A DNA stretch of 39,113 bases from Candidatus Uhrbacteria bacterium (lineage in GTDB: Bacteria > Patescibacteriota > Patescibacteriia > JACQRZ01), in assembly GCA_016206235.1 (NCBI GenBank), contig JACQRZ010000019.1, positions 1 through 39,113 on the forward strand. Reading direction: 5' to 3'. A model generated the notes under the pieces. It searched no databases and was not told the DNA's origin. It worked only from the letters and a program-made list of their open reading frames with translations. Each line of letters opens with the position of its first letter. Positions within the stretch are counted from its first letter, which is position 1. This document shows positions 24,229 through 33,176 of this stretch, in pieces. A program made the translations under genes and the position numbers.

Positions 24229-25374
24229 ATGGTACGGAAATCTTCGAAGTCTTTCCTCGCGCAACTTTTTGGAGGTAGATATGGAAAGCCGGATTACATT
24301 TTCTTGGCTTCTTTTTTTATTCTTCTTACGATCGGACTTATCATGCTGTCGTCAGCATCGGTGGTGGTGTCGTATAAAAAATTCGATAACAGTTCGTACT
24401 ATCTTATTCATCAAATCCTCTTCGGCCTTCTGCCAGGTTTAGCTCTCTTCACTCTTTTTTCACGCATTGATTACCATATCTTGAAAAGGTTTGCCTTTTT
24501 GTTCCTCGTTATATCACTTGTTCTTTTGGCAATGGTTTTTTTGCCAGGTCTTGGATATGAATACGGCGGTGCACGGCGCTGGATGCATCTGGGCAGTATA
24601 TTGTTTCAGCCGTCAGAAGTTGTGAAGCTCACGTTTTTACTTTATTTAGCAGCGTGGCTTGGGAACAGAGGCGAGAAGAAGGTTGGAGATTTCTCCTACG
24701 GATTTATTCCGTTTGCTGCCGTGGTGAGCATTATTAGTTTTCTTATCATTTTGCAGCCGGACATGGGGACAATGGCAGTTATTGCATTAACGGCATTTTG
24801 CATGTATGTTGTTGCCGGCGCTCGGATGAAGCACATTGCTTTGGCGGCAGGAGGCGGTTTCATACTTCTTCTCATACTGATTAAATCCGCATCGTATCGT
24901 CTAGAGCGTTTTACAACGTTTCTGCATCCCGAACTCGATCCGCTAGGAATAGGCTATCATATCAATCAGGCGCTTCTCGCTATTGGTACGGGTGGTTTTT
25001 GGGGACGAGGGTTTGGCCACTCGCGCCAAAAGTTTGCCTACTTACCGGAAGTAACCGGCGATTCTATTTTTGCGATTATCGCCGAAGAGCTTGGATTTTT
25101 CTTTGTCATACTTTTTTTAAGTCTCTTTATTTTTGTGATACTTCGCGGACTTCGTATTGCGCAACACGCTCCTGATACATTCGGGCTGTTAGTGGGAGTT
25201 GGTATCATGAGCTGGATTGGCTGCCAAACATTTATTAATATTGGTGCAATGCTCTCCCTGTTACCCCTCACTGGCATCCCACTGCCTTTTGTGAGCTATG
25301 GAGGATCTGCAATGGCTGTTCTCTTGGCTGCAATGGGTATCATGACAAATATTTCAAGATCACGTAGCACATAG
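24229..25374 (+). CDS. ftsW: SEDS-family peptidoglycan polymerase FtsW/RodA
   Basis: Polytopic, with QPSEVVKL, LQPDMGT and the C-terminal PLTGIPLPFVSYGGSA motif. ATG 24229 is preferred over GTG 24205. Confidence 0.85.
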   Translation: MVRKSSKSFLAQLFGGRYGKPDYIFLASFFILLTIGLIMLSSASVVVSYKKFDNSSYYLIHQILFGLLPGLALFTLFSRIDYHILKRFAFLFLVISLVLLAMVFLPGLGYEYGGARRWMHLGSILFQPSEVVKLTFLLYLAAWLGNRGEKKVGDFSYGFIPFAAVVSIISFLIILQPDMGTMAVIALTAFCMYVVAGARMKHIALAAGGGFILLLILIKSASYRLERFTTFLHPELDPLGIGYHINQALLAIGTGGFWGRGFGHSRQKFAYLPEVTGDSIFAIIAEELGFFFVILFLSLFIFVILRGLRIAQHAPDTFGLLVGVGIMSWIGCQTFINIGAMLSLLPLTGIPLPFVSYGGSAMAVLLAAMGIMTNISRSRST

Positions 25375-25375
25375 C

Positions 25376-26482
25376 ATGGAGCAACGAACTCAAAAAAAAC
25401 TCAGACTATTGTTTACTGGCGGCGGAACACTCGGGTCTGTTACGCCTCTTTTGGCTATCTATGAGGAACTTCAAAAAAGACACGTTGTCTCAGGGGCAAC
25501 AACTCTTTGGATCGGCACACGAAAAGGGGTTGAAGAGCAGCTGATTCGAGAATACATGATACCATTTCGTTGGATTTATGCAGGGAAGCTTCGAAGGTAT
25601 TTCAGCTTGAGAAATTTTCTCGACCCATTTCTGTTGTGTCTCGGACTCTTTCAGTCACTCTATAGAGTAGCGCGTTTTCGGCCAGATGTTATCGTTGGCG
25701 CAGGCGGGTATGTGTCGGTTCCCGTGATGTATGCCGGATGGTTTTGGAAGAAAAAAATATGCATTTTTCAGCTTGATATTGAGCCGACTCTTTCAAATCT
25801 TATCGTGAGTCGCATCGCAAACGCCATTGGTGTTGCATGCGAAGAAGAAGTACATTTTTTTCCAAAGACCAAAACGTCTCTTGTCGGTATTCCTGTCCGT
25901 GAAGCGATACGTCAATGCGGAACGCACGAGAGAAATCATTTGAGAAAAACTATCGGTGTTACGGATTCGCTTCCTGTTATGCTTGCGCTTGGCGGGGGAA
26001 CAGGAAGTTTGGGACTGAATACGATTCTGGCACAAAGTGTATCTGAACTATCAAAAAATATGCATATTTTCCATATAACCGGGCACAATAAACAAACCAT
26101 ATCTCACGATCATCAGGAGCGCTATCACCATATTGAACTTGCGGGCAAAGAGTTGCCAGCGCTTATGGCAGCAGCCGATGTTGTCGTAACTCGAGCCGGG
26201 TTAGGAACGCTCAGCGAACTTTCCTATTTAGGGAAACCAACCATTATTATTCCGCTTCCCAATTCGCATCAAGAACGCAACGCGGCATTTTTTGAAAAGA
26301 AGGGAGGCGCGCGGTATCTTGGAGAGCGCTATTGTACCCCAGAAAAGTTTGTGCGTGTTATACGAACAGTTCTGCAAAATGCTGACGAGCAAAAAATGCT
26401 TTCAGGCATCATATCGCAGATGTTTCCACGTACCAGTCACGAACTGTGCGCTAACCTTGTGCAGGAAACCGCTCATATATGA
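25376..26482 (+). CDS. murG: Undecaprenyldiphospho-muramoylpentapeptide beta-N-acetylglucosaminyltransferase
   Basis: 368 aa with the N-terminal GGGTLGSVTPLLA motif, a GT28 fold pattern and dcw context. Confidence 0.85.
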   Translation: MEQRTQKKLRLLFTGGGTLGSVTPLLAIYEELQKRHVVSGATTLWIGTRKGVEEQLIREYMIPFRWIYAGKLRRYFSLRNFLDPFLLCLGLFQSLYRVARFRPDVIVGAGGYVSVPVMYAGWFWKKKICIFQLDIEPTLSNLIVSRIANAIGVACEEEVHFFPKTKTSLVGIPVREAIRQCGTHERNHLRKTIGVTDSLPVMLALGGGTGSLGLNTILAQSVSELSKNMHIFHITGHNKQTISHDHQERYHHIELAGKELPALMAAADVVVTRAGLGTLSELSYLGKPTIIIPLPNSHQERNAAFFEKKGGARYLGERYCTPEKFVRVIRTVLQNADEQKMLSGIISQMFPRTSHELCANLVQETAHI

Positions 26483-27144
26483 ACCAACACTCAACGCAAC
26501 CCACCATTTCGGCAATTATTCCCGCGCTCAACGAAGCAGGAAATATTGCACGTGTCATTGCGCCTCTTATCGCGTCGGGTGTTTGTAAAGAGATAATCGT
26601 TGTTGACGACGGGTCAACAGATGGCACGGCTGCTATTGCGCGTGAAGCCGGCGCGCGCGTTATCGAGCAGCACCATCAAGGCAAGGGCGGTGCTATGCGC
26701 ACTGGGGCACAAGCTGCAGAGGGAGACATTCTCTGTTTTTTTGACGCGGATATTACCCAGATGACACCAGACATTGTTCAGTGTCTTGTCGCACCCGTGA
26801 GAGACGGTTTAGCAACCATGGTCATTGGGCTCAGAGATAAGCCTTTTTTTGAAAGATTTCTGAATCGTTTTGCTCCCGTTCTTGGCGGTGAGCGTGTTAT
26901 ACGTCGCTCTACTTTTTTCACTATGCTTTCATTGGGTGGCTCCACAAGTAACAATTTTGGGATTGAAACGTGGATGAACGGCTATTGTGCAAAAAAGAAA
27001 CTACCAGTAGAGTATATTTTCATGCCGGGAGTGCGGCATGTGATTAAAGAAAAAAAGTACGGACTGGCCAAAGGCTTTATCGCAAGGATAAAAATGATAG
27101 GGCAAATTCTGAAAGCGGAGATTGAAATAATGAAAATGCAGTGA
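26479..27144 (+). CDS. Family 2 glycosyltransferase (soluble, about 220 aa; polyprenyl-phosphate or GpgS-like)
   Basis: It has ISAIIPALNE, VVDDGSTDGT and a FFDADI DxD motif. Its start overlaps the murG stop (ATGA). Confidence 0.75.
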   Translation: MNQHSTQPTISAIIPALNEAGNIARVIAPLIASGVCKEIIVVDDGSTDGTAAIAREAGARVIEQHHQGKGGAMRTGAQAAEGDILCFFDADITQMTPDIVQCLVAPVRDGLATMVIGLRDKPFFERFLNRFAPVLGGERVIRRSTFFTMLSLGGSTSNNFGIETWMNGYCAKKKLPVEYIFMPGVRHVIKEKKYGLAKGFIARIKMIGQILKAEIEIMKMQ

Positions 27145-27178
27145 GAGCGCTCGGAGTAGAAAGAATCTGTTTATAACT

Positions 27179-28546
27179 ATGACCAATACATCGCAGCGAA
27201 TACACATGATCGGAATCAAAGGAGCGGGCATGTCTGCTCTTGCTTTGATGTTGAAAAGGCGGGGTGCAATTGTAAGCGGGTCTGATGTTTCAGATACATT
27301 TTTTACCGACAGTCTTCTTGCAAAGGAAGGTATTCCCGTTCATGCTTTCGGCGAAGTCGATATACAGAACGTTAGCCGAGTTATTTACTCAACGGCATGG
27401 GAAGGAAGTGATGAAGTAAAATGCGCAGGTGAAAGTGGTGTGAAGGTTCAAAGCTATGGCGAAGCTGTGGCACAGCTCTTCAATGTTATGAATGGCATTG
27501 CTGTTGCCGGATCACATGGCAAAACAACTATATCAGCATTATGCGCGCATGTGTTTTATGGACTTGGATTAGATCCATCTGCTCTTGTTGGTTCTGAAAT
27601 CGTTCAGTTCAATAGCAACGCGCTGACAGGGGCGTCTGACTATTTTATTTTGGAAGCGGATGAGTATCGGGATACATTCCTCATGTATCACGCACGAGCT
27701 GCTGTCGTAAGCTCAATCGACTACGATCATCCCGATTATTTTAAAACTCGTACGGATTATGACACATCTTTCGCGAAATTTGTGAATGGTACATCAGGAT
27801 CATGCATTGTATGCAAAGACGACAACGGAGTTCAACGGATTTGGAGCGCGATTTCATCATGCAATCTCGTAACCTATGGCAGCGATGCATCATATGATTA
27901 CGCGTTGAGCGAGATAGATGAATGTAAGAGTGAGGCGAAGGTTTTAAAAAAGGGAATTCCAGTTGGCAGAATGCGCATCCAGCTTATTGGGCGGCATAAT
28001 CTCATGAATGCATTGGCGGTGTATGCGCTTTGTGATACGTTAGGAGTTGGAACATGGGATGATATCTCGCGCCTCCTCTTTGAGTTTCAGGGCACGGCAC
28101 GGCGATTTCAAACAAAGGGCACTTGTGGCCATACGCTTGTTATCGATGACTATGCTCACCACCCGACCGAGATTCGCGCAACACTTCATGGCGCACGTAT
28201 GCGCTATCCGAACAAAATCATTGATTGCATCTTTGCACCCCACACGTTCAGCCGAACACAAGAACTTCTCGATGACTTTGCCCAAAGCTTTTCAGACGCG
28301 GATCACGTGTACATAACAGATATATTCGGTTCTGCAAGGGAACAAACAGGAAGTGTTTCAGCAGAGCAGTTAGTCGCAAAAATACAAGCTTTTTCTCCAA
28401 AAAAAGATCATGTACGGTATCTTGGCTCAAACGAACAAGCGCTTGACTATCTCATGACACATCTGAAAAATACTGATATCCTCGTAACCATGGGTGCTGG
28501 TGATGTCTATACAATAGGAGAGGATTTAATACGCCAACAGAAATAG
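27179..28546 (+). CDS. murC: UDP-N-acetylmuramate--L-alanine ligase
   Basis: It has IHMIGIKGAGMSALA and the P-loop GSHGKTT. It is collinear with MurC. Confidence 0.9.
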   Translation: MTNTSQRIHMIGIKGAGMSALALMLKRRGAIVSGSDVSDTFFTDSLLAKEGIPVHAFGEVDIQNVSRVIYSTAWEGSDEVKCAGESGVKVQSYGEAVAQLFNVMNGIAVAGSHGKTTISALCAHVFYGLGLDPSALVGSEIVQFNSNALTGASDYFILEADEYRDTFLMYHARAAVVSSIDYDHPDYFKTRTDYDTSFAKFVNGTSGSCIVCKDDNGVQRIWSAISSCNLVTYGSDASYDYALSEIDECKSEAKVLKKGIPVGRMRIQLIGRHNLMNALAVYALCDTLGVGTWDDISRLLFEFQGTARRFQTKGTCGHTLVIDDYAHHPTEIRATLHGARMRYPNKIIDCIFAPHTFSRTQELLDDFAQSFSDADHVYITDIFGSAREQTGSVSAEQLVAKIQAFSPKKDHVRYLGSNEQALDYLMTHLKNTDILVTMGAGDVYTIGEDLIRQQK

Positions 28547-28553
28547 CAATACT

Positions 28554-29474
28554 ATGGAGCTACCAATTCTTCACAATGAACCACTTTCAAAGCACACCAT
28601 ATTTCAAATAGGAGGACCTGCCCGATATTTTTTTCGCGTAAAAAATTATGTTGATCTCAAGGAGATTGTCCAATGGGCACAGCAGCATGAGGTGCCGTTG
28701 GCCGTGCTCGGCGGAGGGAGTAATGTGCTTGCAAGCGATAAGGGGTTCGATGGTTTGGTATTAAAAATGGAAGATCGTACGATTGACATTCAAGGATCGT
28801 TTATCAATGCGGGAGCTGGAGCGATTACCGCAATGGTCTCAAAGCTCACAGTTGAAGCCGGACTTTCAGGACTCGAGTGGGCATATGGTATTCCAGGAAC
28901 TATTGGTGGTGCGGTGCGAGGAAATGCCGGCGCTTTTGGCGGATCATTTTCCGACATCGTTTCCCTTGTTGAAATGCTGGATCCAAAAACACTTGAAATT
29001 CACCGCGTTACGGGCGAGGGGATGCAGTTTCAATATCGGCGCAGCATGTTAGCCAACACACCCTGGATCGTTACATATGCCATACTCAAAATGGACGTTT
29101 CAACACCAGAGATGTGCAAAGAACGCATGCAAGAGTTTTTAGACCAAAAAAAGACCAATCAACCATTGGGTATGCAATGCGCAGGATGTGCATTTAAGAA
29201 CGTTCCCGTTGCTTCCATCACAAAATCAATAGAATTGCCTGTCGAATTTTTGCAGACGGGCCGTGTGCCTGCAGGATATTTGGTTGATAAGGCAAAAATG
29301 AAAAATCATGTCTGCGGCCGTGCTATGGTCTCTCCCAAGCATGCAAATTTCATTGTCAATCTTGGTGGAGCTACAGCGATGGACGTGGTAGAATTAATGA
29401 AGATTATTAAGGATAGGGTATACCAGGAGTTTGGCGTAGTGCTCGAGGAAGAAATACAGTACATCGGTTTTTAG
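28554..29474 (+). CDS. murB: UDP-N-acetylenolpyruvoylglucosamine reductase
   Basis: 306 aa with an FAD-binding N-terminus (FQIGGPARYF, LGGGSNVL) and the GSFFKN-like motif AGCAFKN. Confidence 0.9.
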   Translation: MELPILHNEPLSKHTIFQIGGPARYFFRVKNYVDLKEIVQWAQQHEVPLAVLGGGSNVLASDKGFDGLVLKMEDRTIDIQGSFINAGAGAITAMVSKLTVEAGLSGLEWAYGIPGTIGGAVRGNAGAFGGSFSDIVSLVEMLDPKTLEIHRVTGEGMQFQYRRSMLANTPWIVTYAILKMDVSTPEMCKERMQEFLDQKKTNQPLGMQCAGCAFKNVPVASITKSIELPVEFLQTGRVPAGYLVDKAKMKNHVCGRAMVSPKHANFIVNLGGATAMDVVELMKIIKDRVYQEFGVVLEEEIQYIGF

Positions 29475-29500
29475 CTTCTAGCTTCTAGTCACTAATCAAG
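29473..29500. repeat. Tandem heptamers AGCTTCT AGCTTCT AGTCACT AATCAAG
   Basis: Read directly. The array starts inside the murB stop codon. Confidence 0.8.
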
Positions 29501-29521
29501 AGAAACTATTTACTATAAAAA

Positions 29522-31027
29522 ATGAATGAACTTTCACAGCGGTATTCTCGACCGCGATGGGATTATCTTGGCGAAACCAAGAGCGGCATTCTCACAATCG
29601 AGGGGTTGCCAGTAACAGAGATCGCAAAAAAATATGGCACTCCATGCTACATTATGGTAGAACGCGCAATTCGGCAACGTTTTCGCGAATTTAAGGCAGC
29701 GTTTCCATACCCAAAACTTCGCGTGCAGTATGCGTCAAAATGCAACTCCAATCTGGAAATCATGCGTATTGCAAACCAAGAGGGGGTGGAGCTTGACGCC
29801 AGCTCCATTGGTGAAGTTATCTTAGCGCTTTTGGCAGATTTCTCGCCGCACGAAATTACGCTTACCAACCTTTATAAAACACCTCAAGATATTTTGTTTG
29901 CCGTGAAGGTCGGTGTGCTTGCGATTACCGCTGATTCCCTTGAGGATCTTGAATTGATTGCACAGGTCGGCAAAAGCATTAACAAAAAAATTCGTATTTT
30001 TATTCGCCTCACACCGACAATTGATCTTGGGCAATATACGACACGAAAAGTACAGTACGGCATTCCCTACGCACAATACAAAAAAGCCTGCGATTTTGCT
30101 GCACGGTCGCCCTACCTCAATCCGATCGGACTCCATTTTCATGGGCCGTACGTCTACAATCCAAAGGTATATTTTATTGCTGCAAAAAAATTGGTTGACG
30201 TTGCGGAATATATGATACGCGAGCACAACCAAAAAATCAGTTATATTGATCTTGGCGGAAGTTTCCCCGTTGCTTACGGCGATACCGAAGTATTCCATCC
30301 TCGGGACATGGGCAAGAAGTTTTCCGATTACTTTGTAAAGCTGATCTACAAAGCGAATCTGCCGCTGCCATATCTGGTGTTTGAGCCAGGAAAGTTTTTT
30401 GTAGCCAATACAGGGGTCGGCTTAACACGCGTTATCAGCAAAAAGCTGCGCCGTACCACCACATTGGTTGTCGACGGCTCAACGTACGCATTCCTGCCCG
30501 ATCCGATCATTTACGAAGATGCAGTCTACGATATTTTGCCAGCATCAAAAATGCAACAACGCAGGAGTCAGCACTACAAGATTGCCGGATGTACCTGTGA
30601 TTGTATTGATACCATCTGTAAGAGTGTTCACTTGCCGCAAACCAAACCCGGCGATCTTCTTGCCATTATGGATTGCGGTGCATATAGTAACACGATCGCA
30701 TCAAACTTTAATTCACTCAAGCGCGCACCCATGGTTATGGTGAATGAGGAAGGTGTTGCACGACTTATTCGTCGCCGTGATCGTTTTTCTGATATGTTTG
30801 CACCAGAACTCGATGTGTTGAAAGTTGCTGATCCGCATGAGTTGCAGCGATACTACAACCTCTTTAGAGTGAATATCAATAAGATGTGGGGAGAACACAA
30901 AGAAAAAAAATCACCTGTGCGTGGACGATTTTCCTCTCAATCAAAGCGCAGAGCAAAGAAATCGCCACCGGCGCAACCATTGGCTACTCCAGATCTCTCA
31001 AATCCAATCACAACGGCAACAACATAA
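29522..31027 (+). CDS. PLP-dependent fold-III (Orn/DAP/Arg) decarboxylase, probably arginine decarboxylase, with a basic low-complexity C-terminal tail
   Basis: It has the PLP-Lys motif YASKCNSN, DLGGSFPV, FEPGKF and AGCTCDCID. The substrate is inferred from the downstream aguB and aguA. The last roughly 70 aa (KEKKSPVRGRFSSQSKRRAKKSPP...) lie beyond the usual domain. Confidence 0.7.
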   Translation: MNELSQRYSRPRWDYLGETKSGILTIEGLPVTEIAKKYGTPCYIMVERAIRQRFREFKAAFPYPKLRVQYASKCNSNLEIMRIANQEGVELDASSIGEVILALLADFSPHEITLTNLYKTPQDILFAVKVGVLAITADSLEDLELIAQVGKSINKKIRIFIRLTPTIDLGQYTTRKVQYGIPYAQYKKACDFAARSPYLNPIGLHFHGPYVYNPKVYFIAAKKLVDVAEYMIREHNQKISYIDLGGSFPVAYGDTEVFHPRDMGKKFSDYFVKLIYKANLPLPYLVFEPGKFFVANTGVGLTRVISKKLRRTTTLVVDGSTYAFLPDPIIYEDAVYDILPASKMQQRRSQHYKIAGCTCDCIDTICKSVHLPQTKPGDLLAIMDCGAYSNTIASNFNSLKRAPMVMVNEEGVARLIRRRDRFSDMFAPELDVLKVADPHELQRYYNLFRVNINKMWGEHKEKKSPVRGRFSSQSKRRAKKSPPAQPLATPDLSNPITTATT

Positions 31028-31036
31028 CCACAGCCT

Positions 31037-31948
31037 ATGCCTAGTATTAAACAGAGCACAATAAAACTTGGCCTTATTCAATTGCAGGCTGGCAATGACA
31101 TGCGCGCAAATACCGAGCGTGCGTATGCTTTGGCTCAGATGGCCGCAAAAAAAGGAGCACACATTCTCTGTTTGCCCGAGCTTTATAATACAGTCTATTT
31201 CCCTCAGCTTGAAAAGGCAGATAAAGACTACTATGCAGAAACCGTACCTGGATTTTCCACTGCAACATTTTGCGCTTTAGCAAAAAAATACAAGGTTGTT
31301 GTTATCGTTCCGCTGTATGAAAAGAAAAAAGTGAACGGCATATGGAAGTACTTTAACTCGGCAGTGGTCATCAATGAAAAAGGACAGATTCTTGATACGT
31401 ATCATAAGATTCACATTCCTCACGACCCTGGATTTTATGAAAAGTATTATTTTGAAGAAAGTAAAAGCGGCTACCGCGTATACAAAACATCCTATGCAAC
31501 CTTTGCCGTACTTATTTGCTATGACCAATGGTTTCCAGAAGCTGCGCGTGCTGCGCGGCTCAACGGCGCCGAAATTATTTTCTACCCGACAGCGATCGGC
31601 AATGTGGTCGGATACGCCCCGCCAGAAGGAGATTGGCATGCGTCATGGGAGCTGATGATGCGAAGTCACGCAATCGCGAATTGCGTCCATGTTGCAGCCG
31701 TTAATCGAGTGGGACGTGAAGAGCGAATGCGATTTTGGGGGCAGTCATTTGTATCAGATGCCTTCGGCACTGTAGTGGATCGCGCAACATCTTCCAAGGA
31801 GCAGGTCCTTATCGTTCCTGTTAATCTTGGTATGAATCACTATATTGAGGATGGATGGGGATTTCTTCGAAATAGGAGGCCAGATACGTATGGTATGTTG
31901 ACATCGAAAAAGCTTATTGAAAAATCAAAGAAATTAAAAAATATTTAG
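31037..31948 (+). CDS. aguB: N-carbamoylputrescine amidase (nitrilase superfamily)
   Basis: The Glu-Lys-Cys triad contexts are LPELY, YHKIHIP and LICYDQWFPEAAR. AEIIFYPTAIG is typical of AguB. Confidence 0.85.
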   Translation: MPSIKQSTIKLGLIQLQAGNDMRANTERAYALAQMAAKKGAHILCLPELYNTVYFPQLEKADKDYYAETVPGFSTATFCALAKKYKVVVIVPLYEKKKVNGIWKYFNSAVVINEKGQILDTYHKIHIPHDPGFYEKYYFEESKSGYRVYKTSYATFAVLICYDQWFPEAARAARLNGAEIIFYPTAIGNVVGYAPPEGDWHASWELMMRSHAIANCVHVAAVNRVGREERMRFWGQSFVSDAFGTVVDRATSSKEQVLIVPVNLGMNHYIEDGWGFLRNRRPDTYGMLTSKKLIEKSKKLKNI

Positions 31949-31983
31949 CAATATAAAGAAACACAAAAAGCACTCAAGAGTAA

Positions 31984-32018
31984 ATAGCTTATAGCTTATA
32001 GTTTGTAGTGAGTAGAAT
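31984..32018. repeat. Tandem heptamers ATAGCTT ATAGCTT ATAGTTT GTAGTGA GTAGAAT, ending 3 nt before the aguA ATG
   Basis: Read directly. This is the reverse-complement orientation of the CTAYAAN/TCACTAN family. Confidence 0.8.
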
Positions 32019-32021
32019 GTT

Positions 32022-33062
32022 ATGAATCCACCGATAGAGCAGGGGTTTCAAATGCCAGCAGAATGGGCTCGTCATGAGGGTACGTGGCTTGCTTGGCCAT
32101 ATGATGACACTACCTTTCCCGAGAGAGTAGAGAACGTCCAGAAGATTTTTTCGCACATGGTTGCTGCTTTAAGCACAAGCGAAAAAATCTTTCTTATTGT
32201 GCTCGATGAGGCAATGAAAAAAATGGCCGAGCATATGCTTCAGAGTTCGGGTGCACAAATGGATGCCGTGTATTTCTATAAAGTTCCTTTTGCAGACGTG
32301 TGGACACGTGATTATGGCCCGCTCACCATTACAAACAAAGAAGACAACAAGCGAGCATGGACTAAGTGGGTGTACAATGCCTATGGTAAAAGTCATGACC
32401 CCTATTATGCGCCCCTTCTTGCGGATAATGAGGTATTCAATATCATTGCACTTGAAGGACAAAAATTCGAACCAGGTATTGTGCTCGAAGGAGGTGCGAT
32501 TGAAGTGAATGGGGAAGGAGTGTGTCTCACGTGCGAGCAGACGCTTCTCAATCCAAATCGCAACCCCATTCTTTTTCGAGAAGATATGAAAAAATATCTT
32601 CATGATTTTTTGGGGGTGAAAAAGACGATTTGGTTGAAAGAGGGTCTTGTCAACGACCATACAGATGGCCATATCGAAGAGTTGGCACGCTTTGTCTCGC
32701 CAGACACCATTGTCTGCGCGTATGAAGACGATCCGTCTGATGAAAATTATGAAATCCTGCAGAAGAATTACGAAGTCATCAAGCAAGCAACAGATCTCAA
32801 CGGCAATCCTTTTCGAATCATCACATTGCCGATGCCTCATGTGAACTACGATGACGGCACAAAGGCGCCCGTTTCCTATTGCAATTTTTATATTGCAAAC
32901 ACGGTCGTGCTTGCGGCACTATTTCAAGACCCGAACGATCAAGAGGCGCTTTCTATTTTACAGTCCTGTTTTCCTGATAAAAAAGTGATCGGCCTTGATT
33001 GCTCAGATATCATCTATGGTGGAGGGGCGATTCATTGCATGACGCAACAGGTGCCAGAGTAG
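32022..33062 (+). CDS. aguA: Agmatine deiminase
   Basis: It has FQMPAEWARHEGTWLAWP, VWTRDYGP and the C-terminal catalytic Cys in GGGAIHCMTQQVP. Confidence 0.9.
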   Translation: MNPPIEQGFQMPAEWARHEGTWLAWPYDDTTFPERVENVQKIFSHMVAALSTSEKIFLIVLDEAMKKMAEHMLQSSGAQMDAVYFYKVPFADVWTRDYGPLTITNKEDNKRAWTKWVYNAYGKSHDPYYAPLLADNEVFNIIALEGQKFEPGIVLEGGAIEVNGEGVCLTCEQTLLNPNRNPILFREDMKKYLHDFLGVKKTIWLKEGLVNDHTDGHIEELARFVSPDTIVCAYEDDPSDENYEILQKNYEVIKQATDLNGNPFRIITLPMPHVNYDDGTKAPVSYCNFYIANTVVLAALFQDPNDQEALSILQSCFPDKKVIGLDCSDIIYGGGAIHCMTQQVPE

Positions 33063-33087
33063 CGCGAGGCTTCGCGGCATTCTTTTT
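33063..33087 (+). terminator. Possible intrinsic terminator after aguA
   Basis: A CGCGA-GGCT-TCGCG hairpin is followed by GCATTCTTTTT. A second GACGCC/GGCGTC hairpin lies at 33098-33117. Confidence 0.4.
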
Positions 33088-33119
33088 CACTACGTGCGAC
33101 GCCCCGGTGAGGCGTCTCA

Positions 33120-33147
33120 TTGCATTTTCATCAGTAATCATTACAAT
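33120..33147 (+). promoter_or_regulatory. Promoter TTGCAT-N16-TACAAT upstream of secA
   Basis: -35 at 33120-33125 and -10 at 33142-33147. The predicted leader would consist of the AATCACT heptamers. Confidence 0.45.
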
Positions 33148-33173
33148 ACACTAATCACTAATCACTAACCACT
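33132..33173. repeat. Tandem heptamers CAGTAAT CATTACA ATACACT AATCACT AATCACT AACCACT, ending 3 nt before the secA ATG
   Basis: Read directly. Confidence 0.8.
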
Positions 33174-33176
33174 GTA

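Noticed and set aside
32169-32840. Long antisense or alternate-frame ORFs inside aguA (223 aa), the decarboxylase (29822-30298), secA (34164-34637 and 34660-35151), glyQS (6536-6952), pyrC (3837-4214 and others) and zwf
   Set aside because: All are embedded in strongly supported conserved genes, lack motifs and have low-complexity composition, so I treat them as shadow ORFs.
17-33173. Heptamer arrays as a CRISPR array or as simple low-complexity AT tracts
   Set aside because: The units are 7 nt with no spacers, so this is not CRISPR. They are clearly periodic with shared cores between loci, so they are not mere AT-rich low complexity.
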